Shown one piece after another: positions 1-14,030 of a DNA stretch of 64,000 nt; position 1 is the first letter of the stretch, and every line of letters starts with the position of its first letter. The notes under the pieces were generated by a model. The model did no database searches, was not told the origin of the DNA, and saw only the letters and a list, made by a program, of their open reading frames with translations. Made by a program: the position numbers and the translations under genes. This DNA is from the human T2T-CHM13v2.0 reference genome, Homo sapiens. Location of the stretch: NCBI RefSeq assembly GCF_009914755.1, contig NC_060944.1; one strand, written 5' to 3'.

Positions 1-1985
1 GAGTGATGTTAAACTGCTTACATGTCCTGGAATCGTGAGGCGGTGTGTTTTTGCCTTATGAGATAAAGAAATATGGTAGTTGAAAAAGTGTTACAGGTTA
101 CCAAAAACCTTTTGCAGGAAAAGATTTTAAAAATTTGTATCACCTCTGAAATATTTCAACCACAGCAGAGTCCATTCAGTGCCCGTAGCACAGCTAGTTT
201 GCCTTTCCCAAGATTACACACAACTGTCTTTAGATTAATGTATACTGCTGACTTTGGCAACATGGGACAGTTATATTTGGCAATTTCAGTAAACATTGTA
301 TTTTCCTAAGATACCACTAACTTCATTTTGGGGTTTGATTTATTAAGAATTGAAATGTTTGCCTGGTATTCATCTTTACCTCACCCTCTAAGTAAAATTG
401 AGGTAAAAGTGAGCTTCAGGGCTGCTGTGCTGTTTTCCTTGTGATCACATTAGCATGCTAATTTGTGAAAGGATGTAACAATATAAGTGAAATTAGCTTC
501 TGAGTTTAGTGTCTGAATTTTCATCCCCAGTTTTTCAGATGTAGCTGGAAAACTCAAATAACAGAATTAATGAAAAAATTTTGCAGATTATTAAAAAAAA
601 TTAGTAATTAGCTGAGTTTGATTTTTTATTTTGAAATCTTGAGAGTAAATTTTATCTTTTCGGATTAGAGCACTTAGGTAATGTAAGAAAGATTTTGGAT
701 TTCTCATGCTCTCCACACTTAATAGTAAACTATTTTTGAGGAAGTATAAATTTTCTTTGAAACTTAAAATTATTTAGCAGGCTGTGACTAAATTTTTGTT
801 TGTGATCACTTATAAAGTAAGGGTGAAACAGCATGTTGATTAGCACCGCCGACCCAGGTCTTTTAATAAACTGTCTATCTACCACAGTTGAGTCCCTGTA
901 AAACCAAGAACTTCTGTATTTGATATGCAAAATTAGGTCAAGGACTAATGGAGATGCTTTAATGATCACAGTTGGTATTTTATGTCCAGATTGAAGTTTT
1001 TAAAATAGTTGCTTTTCACCTCATAATATATGAATGTGTAGGCCATATTAGTGTCTGTCAAGGAGACTTATCTGCCTGTTGGGAAATAAATACAGCTTTT
1101 CATCGCTGGTGGGAGGCAGCAGTGACTTTCTGTGGTTTTGCTGTTGGTTTTCAGATGTGAACTGTGTTTGCAAGGACACTGCTTAATTCTCAGTGCTGTC
1201 CATTCCACATTTTCCTATTTCCCTCTCATATTGGGAAAATGAATAAACTTGTGTAGCTCTTTCTTCTATTCCTTAGTATTTGTTTGTTTAATAGTTTTGC
1301 TTTTGATAAAGCCTCACCCTTTAAAGTAGAAATACTTTCTCAAATTGTAATATTATTTATCTAGTTATGCCTTAGAATGATATAAAGGTTTTACATGTTC
1401 CTAGGCTGTGATTCTTTAGCTAACCAAATATAAAAATGAGTTTACTTCCTTGCCAGTGGAGGCAGACCTGGGTGATTATGCATTACTGAGTGGATGAGTG
1501 TGATGTTTACATTGTCTTGGTTGGAATTAAGCTTGCTTTGAAAATATCACCCTGGAATAACTTTTATTTGCAAGGCCCACTTCACTCCTTTGCAGCAACC
1601 ACTCCCAAACCCCATTTTCTGGGTGGAAGGGTAGAAAGAGTCTGGGTGGAAGCTCACGACTTTGGATGCTTTTTTATGCTGAAGGCGTAACCCAAGTTTC
1701 TAGAGGAGATGAAAGTAATAATGCTGTACCTTTCAAATCTCAGCTAGGAGATCCTTATGTTCCAGGGAATGAATGACCAGCAGAGTGTTTATTTTCCCTG
1801 CATGCACTTCGTCTACTTTTCCTTTCCTTTATCAAATAAAAATAGTTGAAATGGACATAAATCGAAGGTTTTTCTCTGAACACCTCTCTTACTCACTACT
1901 TATAAAACCTTCAATGAGAATGTCACACACCATGTGACCATAAGATAGTGTTATCTTCTCCCCTTTCCTGGGATTCTCCTTCAAA

Positions 1986-2116
1986 GCTCAAAGGATCTTT
2001 TGATATGCCTAGGGCTGGGAAATTCCACCTCTAGCTACGGAAATACCCTTGGGCCAGGCAAATCATGGCTTTAAGATACATTGCCCTTCTTGTCCTCCCG
2101 AACAATTAAAGCATGT
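1986..2116 (+). repeat. Local direct duplication, copy 1 (partner 3239-3378)
   Basis: Shares TGGGAAATTCCACCT-TAGCTACGGAAA-ACCCTTGGGCCAGG and CTTTAAGATACATTGCC with 3239-3378; about 85-88% identical by manual alignment. Confidence 0.92.
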
Positions 2117-2278
2117 CTTTGGCTCCCAGACATGAGTGAATTGAAGTAGCCATTTCCTTAGAAACAGGAAGAAAAAAGCAACTTGAAGTAATTAATTGTA
2201 AGCAGCTCATCCAGAGATCAGAGACCACAGACCACAGACCCCTGATTTTACATTTGACATCTCCCTTTCTTCTCTAGA

Positions 2279-2940
2279 ACAGGAGTTCTTCATTTTAGGG
2301 CCAAGGATGCAGTTTGGTGGGTCCACGAATGTGGCTGGCAAATGAATTACATCTTTATATTCACTTACTTCCAAGTGACAATTGGGGCAGGTGTTAGGGC
2401 TACTACTAGATCTTGGCATTTAGTGGGTTGAAGAGAAACACATGTATTACTTCACATATCCCTTTAAAGAGTTATTTTGATAATTATATTTCAATGAGAT
2501 TGATTTCCATTGTACTTTTAGGTATTTAATTTTATATATTTAAACATATTATGCTGGGCCAGGCATGCTGGCTCACACCTCTAATGCCAGCACTTTGGAA
2601 GGCTGAGGTAGGAGGATTACTTGAGGCCAGGAGTTTGAGACCAGCCTAGGTAACACAGTAAGATCAATTTATGCAAAAAATACCAATAAAAAAATTAGCT
2701 GAGTGTGGTGCACATGCCTGTAATCCTAGCTACTTGGAAGGCTGAGGCAGGAGGATCGCTCAAGCCCAAGAGTTCAAGGTTATAGTAAGCTGAGATCGCA
2801 TCAGTGCACTCCAGCCTGGGTGACAGAGTGACAGTCTATTAAAAAAAATAATAAAATGAAAATATCCTGCTGAAAAGGGTCTTTAAGATTTACCATATTG
2901 CGAAGGGCATTCATGACCCACACAAGGCGAAGACCATGTG
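2279..2940. mobile_element. Degenerate hAT-Charlie-type MER element, split by an Alu
   Basis: CAGGAGTTCTT-like left end; right part TGCTGAAAAGGGTC...CACACAAGGCGAAGACCATG resembles a hAT-Charlie terminus; subfamily uncertain. Confidence 0.45.
2557..2856 (+). mobile_element. Alu (AluJ-like), full length
   Basis: GGCCAGGCATGCTGGCTCACACC start, dimeric body, A tail; degenerate TSD ATATTATGCTG / ATATCCTGCTG. Confidence 0.95.
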
Positions 2941-3029
2941 CTCGAGAAATGCTTCCTCCCAGAGGCAGCTGGCTGGGTGGGTGTTTTCACTGTGGGTTTG
3001 CATTGAGCAGTGGTTGCTGAGATCTTCAG

Positions 3030-3234
3030 GCGTTGGAATCAGGCACTGAATTCCTGACAAATGCCCTGTTTTAGCTTGAATGCTGACAGATGCCCTCTTT
3101 TAGCTGTGTGACCCTGGGCATTCACTCTGAGCCTCAGTTGCCCTATCTGTAAAATGAGGAGAATAACCCTATGGGGCAAAAGTGCTTGGTGCTGCACTGT
3201 GAATGATACAGCGTACTGTTACTGCTGCTACTAC
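3030..3234 (+). mobile_element. MIR SINE
   Basis: Core TAGCTGTGTGACCCTGGGCA...GCCTCAGTTGCCCTATCTGTAAAATGAGGA. Confidence 0.8.
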
Positions 3235-3238
3235 AGGT

Positions 3239-3378
3239 GCTCAAAGGATCCCAGGATCTTTGGGTGTGCCCAGGTTTGGGAAATTCCACCTGTAGCTACG
3301 GAAACACCCTTGGGCCAGGAAAATCATTACTTTAAGATACATTGCCTTTCTTATGCTCCTGAACAATTAAAAGCATGT
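3239..3378 (+). repeat. Local direct duplication, copy 2
   Basis: Matches 1986-2116, with an extra GGATCCCA micro-duplication near its left end. Confidence 0.92.
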
Positions 3379-3954
3379 TTAACAAGTGCTACTGCCCCTT
3401 CTCCTAATGGTACTACTAGTATTATGGCTCTCATCTTGTTCTCTTTCATAGGGGTAGATGGCATTGACCTTATCCATACAAAGCAGCCTGAGAAAATTCC
3501 TATAAAATTTACAAGGGACACTTACTTTGCCACTCTGCAAGTACAGAAAGTTTCAGTCACCCCACAGGACCACCATGAAGTACCAGATCTTCCTTTGGAC
3601 TTGCCAAGCCCAGTGACTGCATTCGGACAGAGGGACCTAATATTAACTCAGTCCTAATAGCTTCAAAATTCTGTGACTTTGGTGTTTCAGAATATAATTC
3701 AGTGAGCCAGATGCTGTCCCCAGGGTATCTGTCTCCCAGCTAGGCTTTTTTTTTTTTTTTTTTAAACAAAACAAAACAAAACATATTAAGCCATTTAGAC
3801 CTGGAGGGAGAAAGGCCTCCACTAGAAGAATTAGGGGTCTCTGGTGTTCAGGGGCAGTCACCATAGCTCTTGTTTTTCCATGGAGTTTCTCGGAGAGTAC
3901 TCAACTTCTCTGCTTTACATAGTATTATAATAACAACAACAAAATAAAACAACA

Positions 3955-4162
3955 GACATTTGTTGAGCAGTTAAAATGTGCCACTTTATTTAATACTTCT
4001 GACAGCCTTTTTGAGTGTGTCCTAATAGCATCTCCAGTTTATACTTGGGGAAACTGAGGTTAGGAGATGTTAAATTAATCATCCCAGGATGTTAAAGTTA
4101 GAACTGAGACTGAAACTCAGGTAGGCTGACATCAGAACTCCAACTTCTAACCACCGTACTGT
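3955..4162 (-). mobile_element. MIR SINE
   Basis: GGGGAAACTGAGGTTAGGAGATGTTAAA...GAAACTCAGGTAGGCTGAC...CTTCTAACCAC is the reverse-strand MIR pattern. Confidence 0.8.
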
Positions 4163-4687
4163 GTATTACCTGTCATTAAGCTGGTACATGCTGCAGAAAG
4201 ACTTGTTACCATAACAAGTTTTGTGATAATTATTTTAAGTGACTAGGCTGAGATATGACAAAAGCTTCTGGCAATCCTGCTGTGAATATGGAATTGGAAT
4301 AAGAAATTGAGGATAAAACAATGCATTCTTATCTAATCCTAGGTACTTCTGTTTCTGCAGTTGCATGCCAGAAATCCGAGATAGGGAGAGTACTAAATGC
4401 TAATTCGTGGTAGCCTAAACAAATAGTTTTAGTTTTCTGGGAGGCCGGTTTTCACCTGGTGAAGTTCCTCATGGTTTTAATGAGGGTGTGGTGTACTCTG
4501 ATTCCTCTAAGGGCCGGGTAAGTGAAAGGCCCAAGTGTGGCTGACCAGGTGTCAGAGGCCTTAGGGAGTGGTGAGGCTTGCGCCCATCCAGGGGCCCAAT
4601 TGTGCCCCTTCCCATGGAGCAGCTACCACTCGGGTCTGACAGGTTTCTGCCAGGTGGGCCTAGGGCCCAGGATTACCAGTGCCTCCA

Positions 4688-4840
4688 CATTTTCAAGAGA
4701 AGCATGAAATCCAGATTTATTTGGAGTCTTCTCATTTTAAAATGTTTGGAAATAATTAAAATGGAAAACAAACCTGTCAGCCCATGGTGTGGCCAAACAA
4801 AGCATGTTTGTGGTTTGACCCAGGAGCTCCCATGTTGAGC
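4688..4840. mobile_element. hAT-Charlie MER103C-like fragment
   Basis: TTTTCAAGAGAAGCATGAAATCCAGATTT...GGCCAAACAAAGCATGT resembles the recalled MER103C consensus. Confidence 0.5.
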
Positions 4841-5021
4841 CTTTTGTTAGCTGTAAGTGCTTGGAAACACGGTGTACTAGAACATGTCAATAGTTTTTGT
4901 TTTGCCCTTTAATTTTTTTGGCTGTAAAATTTCTTATAAAGGTTGTTATGGTCATTTATTTCCAGTGTACATAGATTTCAGATTCTGAATTTCTGCTTGT
5001 TTATTCTCTCCCTATACCCTA

Positions 5022-5487
<466 letters not shown>

Positions 5488-5769
5488 TCACTGATTTGAA
5501 CTCTAACCAGTCACAAGATGTCCCCCCTGCTATTTGGTAGTAGCTGTATTTGTCCTGAAATATAGAATACAGATCTGTTCCTGCAGACCAGTGTTTCAAG
5601 ATGCAGTCCGCTTAACAGCCCTCATTTTCCTTGTTGCTTTTAAATGAGAGACCACACTGGATCAAATGAAAATGCAGTTCCTTCGGGATGTGTTTCTCTC
5701 ATATCTGCCAAGATGCTATTATTGGACAAATCACCAAAGCCCTCTCTGGGATTTCTTTTAATTTTTTTC

Positions 5770-6320
5770 ATTGGTTTTTTAAAATGATGTAAGTAATATA
5801 TTAATATGTTCCAATTGAAGTGATAATGCAGAAATATGGAAGCAAAATGCAAAGTACCCTTTTCCACCTACACCCATTCCCAGATACAGTCATTGGCAAT
5901 AGTTTAGAATGCCTCTTTCCCTCCTTTTTTCTGTACATTTACATGTATAAGTATATATACATGTCATTTTCTTATTACATATACTGGATCATATTGTATA
6001 TATTTTTGTCTGTGACTGACTTGCTTTTGTCCACTTAACTGTATATCATGGAGAGCTTTCCATGTCAATATGTTAGTTATCTTGTTCTTTCTAACATTGC
6101 ATAAAATTTGATAGTACGGATGTACTGTACTTTATTTAACCATTCTTCTGTGGACACTATTGCAAACTGAAAGATTCAAGATCTTTGTTCGTAGGTCTTT
6201 GTGCACATGTATGAGAATTTTTTTTGTAGCTAAATTTCTAGAAATGGAACTATTTGGTCAAAAGCCTATGCACACTTCAAATTTTGACAGAGCACTGATG
6301 AATTGCCTTTAAAAAAGGTC
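5770..6320 (-). mobile_element. Old L1 (L1ME-like) 3' region
   Basis: CTTTCCATGTCAATA, TTTATTTAACCATTC and AAATTTTGACAGA...ATTGCC motifs of antisense L1ME 3' ends. Confidence 0.65.
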
Positions 6321-6904
6321 TCCATGAAATTTGTGGAACCTCTGATTATGCAGCTGAACATAGCCTCTAATTGCAGCATGTCCCACATTGTTACCTCGCT
6401 TTACTAATTCAGTAAGATTTCACTTGTATATGGCATACCAGGAAGTGATTTTAGAAACAGACTATGTCCTTAAAATCCCTTGAAAATACAGTTCTTAATC
6501 AAAACAAATTGATCAGTTAAGGGGCTAATGTAAAAACTCTTTTAAGAAAGACATATCTTGTAGAATCAGAGAGTTGAAAATCTGTTTTCTGATCAATTTG
6601 GTGAGCTGTGAAACTCTAGACCCTTCCCAGCAGGGACATGTCCATAAGCACCCTTTAATCTGTTGTTAGAGAAGTGAGGTGGTCCACAGCCAACACAGAC
6701 AGATCAGACGTTGATACTGGCCTGGGAAAATTAATTTCATTGCTGAAAAATCCTATCCAGGTGTGTTTGTAGCTTTAGGTTTTCAAATACTAGTTATTTA
6801 AGAATCTCTTTTGCTTTTTACTTAAAGAATGAGAAGATTAGGAGATAATGCTATTTAATGAGTTTTATTTAATGGATACTTGAATTTAATGTCCTTGACT
6901 CTTA

Positions 6905-7229
<325 letters not shown>

Positions 7230-7232
7230 TGA

Positions 7233-7596
<364 letters not shown>

Positions 7597-8194
7597 GCTA
7601 CACCATGTTTTCTTTTAAAGAGATATTGGGAGAAATATTGCAGGAAATCTAGGTCACTGATTGATTCCTAACTGTGTTCAGAAGGGACTACTTTGATAAC
7701 TGTAATTGTTATTAATGATATGAAGTAAATTATTTGTGAATTTTACCACATTCCTTGAAAGACTGAGACTCAGTCAGGGTTAGTGAGTCTTGATTAGATA
7801 AATGACAGCAAAGTGAAATACTGTTTCTGTTTCCCAAAGATGGATTTAGTCCTTTCATCTGTTTCTCCAGATACTCATTTTTTAAGAAAAATTCTGGTTT
7901 GGTTGGCAGTGACATTCAGATTCTGATTGTATGCCTTCTGCATGTTTATTTTTACAACACACTGTGAATTGTAGAAATATGGTGGGACAGTCATATTTCC
8001 TTGGCATTGAAACCTTGCATATTCAAGAAAGTCTGTGCTAGGTTTTGCTCATGGAAATGTTATAGTGTTTCACAGTTTACAGACAATTTCCTTTGATAAT
8101 GTCTGTGAAAGCACAGTGGAGGGCACCACCTGGTCACTCTTTCAACCTGTATCATTCAGGGCCCTGCTGGGGAACAGATGGCATGTGTACGCCA

Positions 8195-8560
8195 AGTCCT
8201 TTGAGGAGGGCTTGTTAAAGGGACCTTTTGCAAGGTGTGGGCAGGTGTAGGGAATACAATCAGGGTGAATGCTAAAGAAAGACCCAGCAGTGACGGGGAG
8301 TTAGTCCTACTCTAAGGAAGGGGCAAGAAAGGCTGACAAGAGCTGTATCCCTTTCTAGAGGGACCCCATCTGCCTGTAACATCCCTCCAGGGAGACAGAG
8401 GGGAATATATATACCTTCCTCACTCTCTGCCTGTCCCCTAAACGCTTGCTAGTGTCTTCCATTAGCCGAACCCAGACAGAAGCCAGAGGGCAGGAGAGAG
8501 GAGGAAAAGGGTGGAAAAGGTAAGTGAATGGGTCTGGGAAGGCCAGTAGCAGACCCCCAC
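8195..8560 (-). mobile_element. ERVL LTR (LTR33-like)
   Basis: CCATTAGCCGAACCCAGACAGAAGCCAGAGGGCAGGAG...GGGTCTGGGAAGGC resembles the reverse complement of LTR33. Confidence 0.6.
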
Positions 8561-9539
8561 CCATTTGCCCTCCAGAACAGAGGTTTGCATGGTTGAGTGG
8601 TCAGTCCAGGGTAGAAAGCTTATGGTCTGGTTTTGTGGACAAAGAAAATAAAACTGCATCTACAGTGATTAAATTGAAATTGAAATTGAAATTGGGAATT
8701 TTCTACAATACCACATGGCTGGCATCAGTAAAATTTGTGGTGGGCCTTAGAGTAACATTAAAAAAATTTTTTTTTAGTTCCCTTTGGAATGGATTATGCT
8801 TTATGCTTCTTGGGAAATGCATAGAATGGGAAATGTTATGTATTTATCTGATTAACCAAAAATGTAGGCTTATAGATAGGACAGACAGAAGGGATTCATA
8901 AAGTCTCTCAGCATGGAGTTGGATTCCTAAGATAGATATAATTCCTTTGATTTTAATATTTTATAAAAATATTTTATTTAAAATGTCAGGTACCTGGGGG
9001 AAGAGACTAGGAGGAAATTAAGGTTATTAACAGTAATTTTCCTTCAAGGAAGTCAATTTAACAGAATCATTAGCATCACTGAGTAGAAATGAACAAGCTG
9101 TATTTCCCCATTTGTTCAGCATGGCAGCAAGACTCTGAAATTTCAGGCTCATTTATTCTCTCATTTTCTTGGCCCTGTTGCTTGAAAGGTGAAGTCTGCT
9201 CTTTGGTTTGTGTACTTGTCCTGAATGAACAAGCAATGGAACTTAATTAGAATCATAAAATAATACTGCTATAAGGTATATCAGAGTTCATTTCTTCTTA
9301 CCTCCAAATTGTGTGCAGTAAGAAACCGAGATACTAGTCATTAGCAGCTACTACTTTGCAAGTTCTCAGAGTTGGTCACTCTGGAAAAATCATATCACCT
9401 CTCCATCATGAAGGAATTGCACTAGATTAATTCATTTTTGCTTTTACCCTTATATATTCCTGAAGTCCTTGATTCCAAGGGTTTGGTTGTCCATTACTCA
9501 CTATTTTCATAGATTAGAGGCAGAGCTTCTTGAGTACCT

Positions 9540-10640
9540 CTTCATTACTTAGCCCTTAAAATGGTATTCTCTGGAGGTCTCTACATTGCTTTTGACTGTG
9601 TTCACTCTGTAAACTCTTTCTGTATAAGATAACTCATTCACTTCTACCATTTTTATAACCCCCAATTTACTGAAGACTCCCCTATCACTGACCTCTTATC
9701 GGAGCTCCAGATATATCCTGTTGTCTGCTGGAGATCTTGACATTGAAGTCTATGGGGACTTTCAAATCAAAGTGTACAAAACAGGAGTCCTCAACTTCAC
9801 TCCAAACTTGTGTCTCCTTCCGGTTTCTAAATCTTCATGAAACAAGCTATCCATCTGTTGAGTCTACCCCATCAATATCCTTCATTTTTGTTCACTTTTC
9901 TCCATTCCTATTGCCGCTAGCCTGAATTTATGTCTGCAGAATTTCCTGTCTTGATTGTTCCAAGAATTTTTCATTCAGTCTCTCTATACTGTCTCTTTCT
10001 TATCTGTGCCTTCATTCATGTCTTCTATTGGCTATTCAGTGAGCATCAGGTACTTTAACAGTGAGATCTTGCTCTCAGGAGTTTACAGTTTACTGGAGGA
10101 GACAAATAGACACTACTTTATAAGTTTACATCTTTGCCCGTTGACTCCATTCTCCAAACCAGCTAAAGTAATTTGCACAAAACAAATCTTGTTATAGCAT
10201 TACCTCTAAGATACTTCAACAGCTCCCTGTTGCTATCAGGATTAATTTGTTTTCCTAATTTGCCAAATGTAAGCCATCCCTGGCCTGACCTCTGTGATGA
10301 AGTTTTAACTCCTTTATTTGCATCACCTATACTAGGCTGTGTTGAAATCCAAGAACATAAAGCCTGCTGCACTGTGGACACTGTGGCTTTGCACTATGAC
10401 TTTGCACTCAATCCCCTTCTTCAACTGGCTGACTCCTACAGGCCTTTAGAGACTTCATACAGTTGCCATCTTCCTGTAAAGCCTTCCTTGATTTCCACTC
10501 CAGTCCAGATTGGGTGCCCTACTTTAGTCCTCCTGTTGAACAGTTTGCAAATTTTAGCCACAGCATGACTCTCTTGGGAAATGGAACAATCTGGTGCATA
10601 TTAGTGACTAAGTTGATGTCTCTTAAATGAATAAATAACT
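9540..10640 (+). mobile_element. L2 LINE fragments
   Basis: GACCTCTTATCGGAGCTCCAGA...CTGCTGGAGATC motif and a 3' end AATGAATAAAT. Confidence 0.6.
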
Positions 10641-12299
10641 AAATGCCATTATTGCAAAGCCTGCAGATTGGGTAAATTAGGAAAACAATCTGATGATTAA
10701 GCAAAAAAAAAAAAAAAAAAAAAGCCAAAGTTTAGTAAACCAAAGCCATCTGCAGACCTATTAAAGAAAAAAGTATTTCATGATTATTTACACTGGTCAT
10801 TGAAAAGTAGCAGAATAATCAATTTGGAAATATGATAAGTAATTTGAAAATTCTATATCCATTATTTCTGGTAACAGAAATCCTGATATTTTAATCAGTA
10901 TACTAGATCCAGAGGAGACATTTCCCTGAAGATAAGTTATCATTTTTTTCCTGATAGGCACATACTCATATTGTTTTTCCTATTTTATGAGTTCGATTTT
11001 AATCAAGTTATTCTTATTTTTCTTAACAGTGTGTTATAACCTGGAATTAGAAAAAAATTTCTTATTTCAAACTTGGTTGGAAATTTAGGAACAAAATAAT
11101 TTATTTAATCAGATTATTTTATTAAGTGGGACTCTTAGTAATTTAAAATGCTTTGTATTCATTTTCTTGTAGCATTTTCTTTTCAAAATGACCTGCAAGT
11201 ACATCAGTGCCAAACAGAGAAAGCAAGAAAGCCATTAATTAATTGAAGGGAAATATTCTGCTGAATACAATACTGTTTTTGAAAGAACATGTTTTATAGT
11301 TCCAAAACCAGAAGGGAGCATTTTATTCGTAGTGGTTTGAATCTTGTGAAAAGAGTGTCTTTGACAGTCTTCACCAGGCCCCCCTCCCCAAGCTTGGAGC
11401 ATTAATAGGACTTAAGAGGTGTTTTCTTCACATTTGGCTTCTTTTTGATTTCACAGATTTCTTTTAGCTTTGTGTCAAAAAGTGCTAAGTATGTTAATTA
11501 TTAGATATATCATTATTCACATTTCAGTGCAGACAACATTTAGGAGGATTATAGTTTAGTTATTGCAGCTTTTCAGAAAACACTTCATGATAGCACTTGG
11601 AAATACAGATAGAGAATATTTCCTTTTATTTAGAGACTTTTTGGACCTGTGAGGCCCTCTGAGAATCTTAAGCTTGGCCCCATTCTGTCCATTTTTCATT
11701 TCCTTTGAAAGAGTTTCAAAGTAACTGGTTAAAGTTTCTCCCCATCTGCCATAAGTAGCATAGAGGGATTTCTTGTGCAGCTACCAAAGGGAAATGAGGA
11801 AATTTGAAAGTGCAGATGATTTGGGTATTAACACATATCCTGGCAGTGACTCTGCCAGAATCAGGCTCTCCCAAACCATTTTGTTTTATGTTAATTTTTA
11901 TTTTCTCAGCTACAGTATTATAAACATGGCAGACCAACAGGTTTTCCGTAAAGATTGATGATCAGGAGGAATCCACCCCTTAATTAAGAGCAGCAGATGC
12001 CTTCTGAAAACCTTCTGGAAATGTTCTACTTTATATTGAACCAAAGTGCTTCCAGCTTTGTTGGAAAGGTTAAGGCAATAATTACATGGAAGGTATGTCT
12101 CATTTGTCAACAGGGTTTTTGGTCTAGAATATCTCAAGAGCAGTTCCTGTCCATTTCCTTCTAGAGGTGACAGCAGCCTTCTTATTGCAGAAGGGTTATG
12201 GTGCAGGGAACATAAGTGCTTACCAATAACTGCTTCCTATCCTCACACGGGATACGAGACACAGGGTATGAGACCCTCAGAAAGGAAGTCTCTTTCTCT

Positions 12300-12332
12300 A
12301 CACACACACACACTCATACACACACACACACA
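12300..12332. repeat. (CA)n microsatellite, interrupted
   Basis: Read directly. Confidence 0.95.
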
Positions 12333-12474
12333 CCGCAGGTGCTTGAGCCACACTGTGGAATGGGATACATAAGAAATGGAGCCAATTCTTTGACATTTTT
12401 GTCTTTACTGGATGGCTTTGCAATATTTTAAAATGTTGAAACTTCCAGGATTCTTTAAGACCGGGCCCCTAACC

Positions 12475-12680
12475 CATTATTTATTAGGCTTAGTCATTGT
12501 GCCCTGGGCCTTCAGAATACAATCCCATTTCATTCTCTCAGCAATTCTGCAGGTTAGGTGTAATTACCACCATTCGATACTAAGAAAACTGAGTGATTAC
12601 AGCACTTACTGAGGGTCACATGGTTCATCAGTGGTATAGACAAGTTTCAAAATAAGGTTGACCTGACCTGAATCTGAATG
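12475..12680 (-). mobile_element. MIR SINE
   Basis: CATTTCATTCTCTCAGCAATTCTGCAGGTTAGG...AAGAAAACTGAG...GGTCACA. Confidence 0.7.
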
Positions 12681-12689
12681 GCTGCATCT

Positions 12690-12906
12690 GTGACCGTAGA
12701 GGCACAGAGGAAAGGCCATATGAGGACACGGGAGAAGGTAGCAGTCGTCAAGCCAAAGAGAGAGGTCTCAGGAGAAACCATGCTTGCTGGCACTGGCACC
12801 TTGATCTTGAACTTCTAGCCTCTGGAACTGTGACAAAATAAATTTCTGTTGTTTAAGCTAGTCAGTCTATGGTATTTAGTTATGGCAGTCCTAGAAACCT
12901 AATACA
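12690..12906 (+). mobile_element. MaLR LTR 3' part (MLT1B-like)
   Basis: GGCACCTTGATCTTGAACTTCTAGCCTC...AAATAAATTTCTGTTGTTTAAGC...CTAATACA terminus. Confidence 0.85.
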
Positions 12907-13767
12907 GTGGAGGGTTTCTTTTACATGCAGATGAAAGCAGTCCTTGTGATATAGAAACAAAGTATTACAGACCAAAAATATCAGAATAATAATTTTGGCA
13001 TTTGAACACATGTTCCTAATTTAAAAAGGTGATTTTTGTCTTGAGTTGGTTTAGTTTAGAGAGTATTTGCTTTCACTGAGCTTTCATAAGAGTTAATTTG
13101 TTTACAGGCAGAGATGAGATAAATCATGTCTTTCTTTAGCCTGTTTCTTTATCTGTTTCTTTTTTTCTACATGAATTTCACATACTTCTTTAAGGAGTCT
13201 TATAATTAAAACATGTTAAATGAGCTCAAATCTTTTTCCATAATTAGGAACTTGAATCATTGCCTAATTTGTAATTTGATAAGTAATGTGTATTTGTTGA
13301 ATTTTTCTGCTATCAATGTAAGTCCTGGGGTAATTTTCTAAAACAAAATAAAAATGGTTTTGGCTCTGTTTTCTTAACATATTAACAGTAGTCTAGGAAA
13401 TATTTTAATTTCTCTTTAGTTAGTTGGTGCTTTCTCTTTGTAATTTTTTTTTTGTGTGTGGGGAATAAATTATCATAAGACGTTCATTAAGTGCATTGTA
13501 GTGTTTTGCTTAATTTGGTGCCTGTCAGGAAAAAACCCAACAGCACAATGGAGGTGCTATGAATGAGTTATTTTATTTATTAATTTCAATCTAAATTTAT
13601 CACCAATGGAGAAATAAAATATTTGTAGAATTGAGGTTATAAAACAGCAAACATAACTGCTGAATGATTTATATTCAGTACATTCTTTAATATAAAGATT
13701 GGATATAAAGACATCTTCAATATAAAGCATGACATTGATTTGCTTTAAATAAAAAAAGAATATATTT

Positions 13768-14030
<263 letters not shown>

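Noticed and set aside
3054-3105. Short tandem micro-duplications (29-bp period here; also ~16245-16272 and 40391-40418)
   Set aside because: Two copies only, ordinary slippage products; no CRISPR-like repeat-spacer array anywhere in the window.
3154-3657. Longest ORF (167 aa)
   Set aside because: Runs through a MIR tail and the duplicated segment; no recognisable domain or exon structure.
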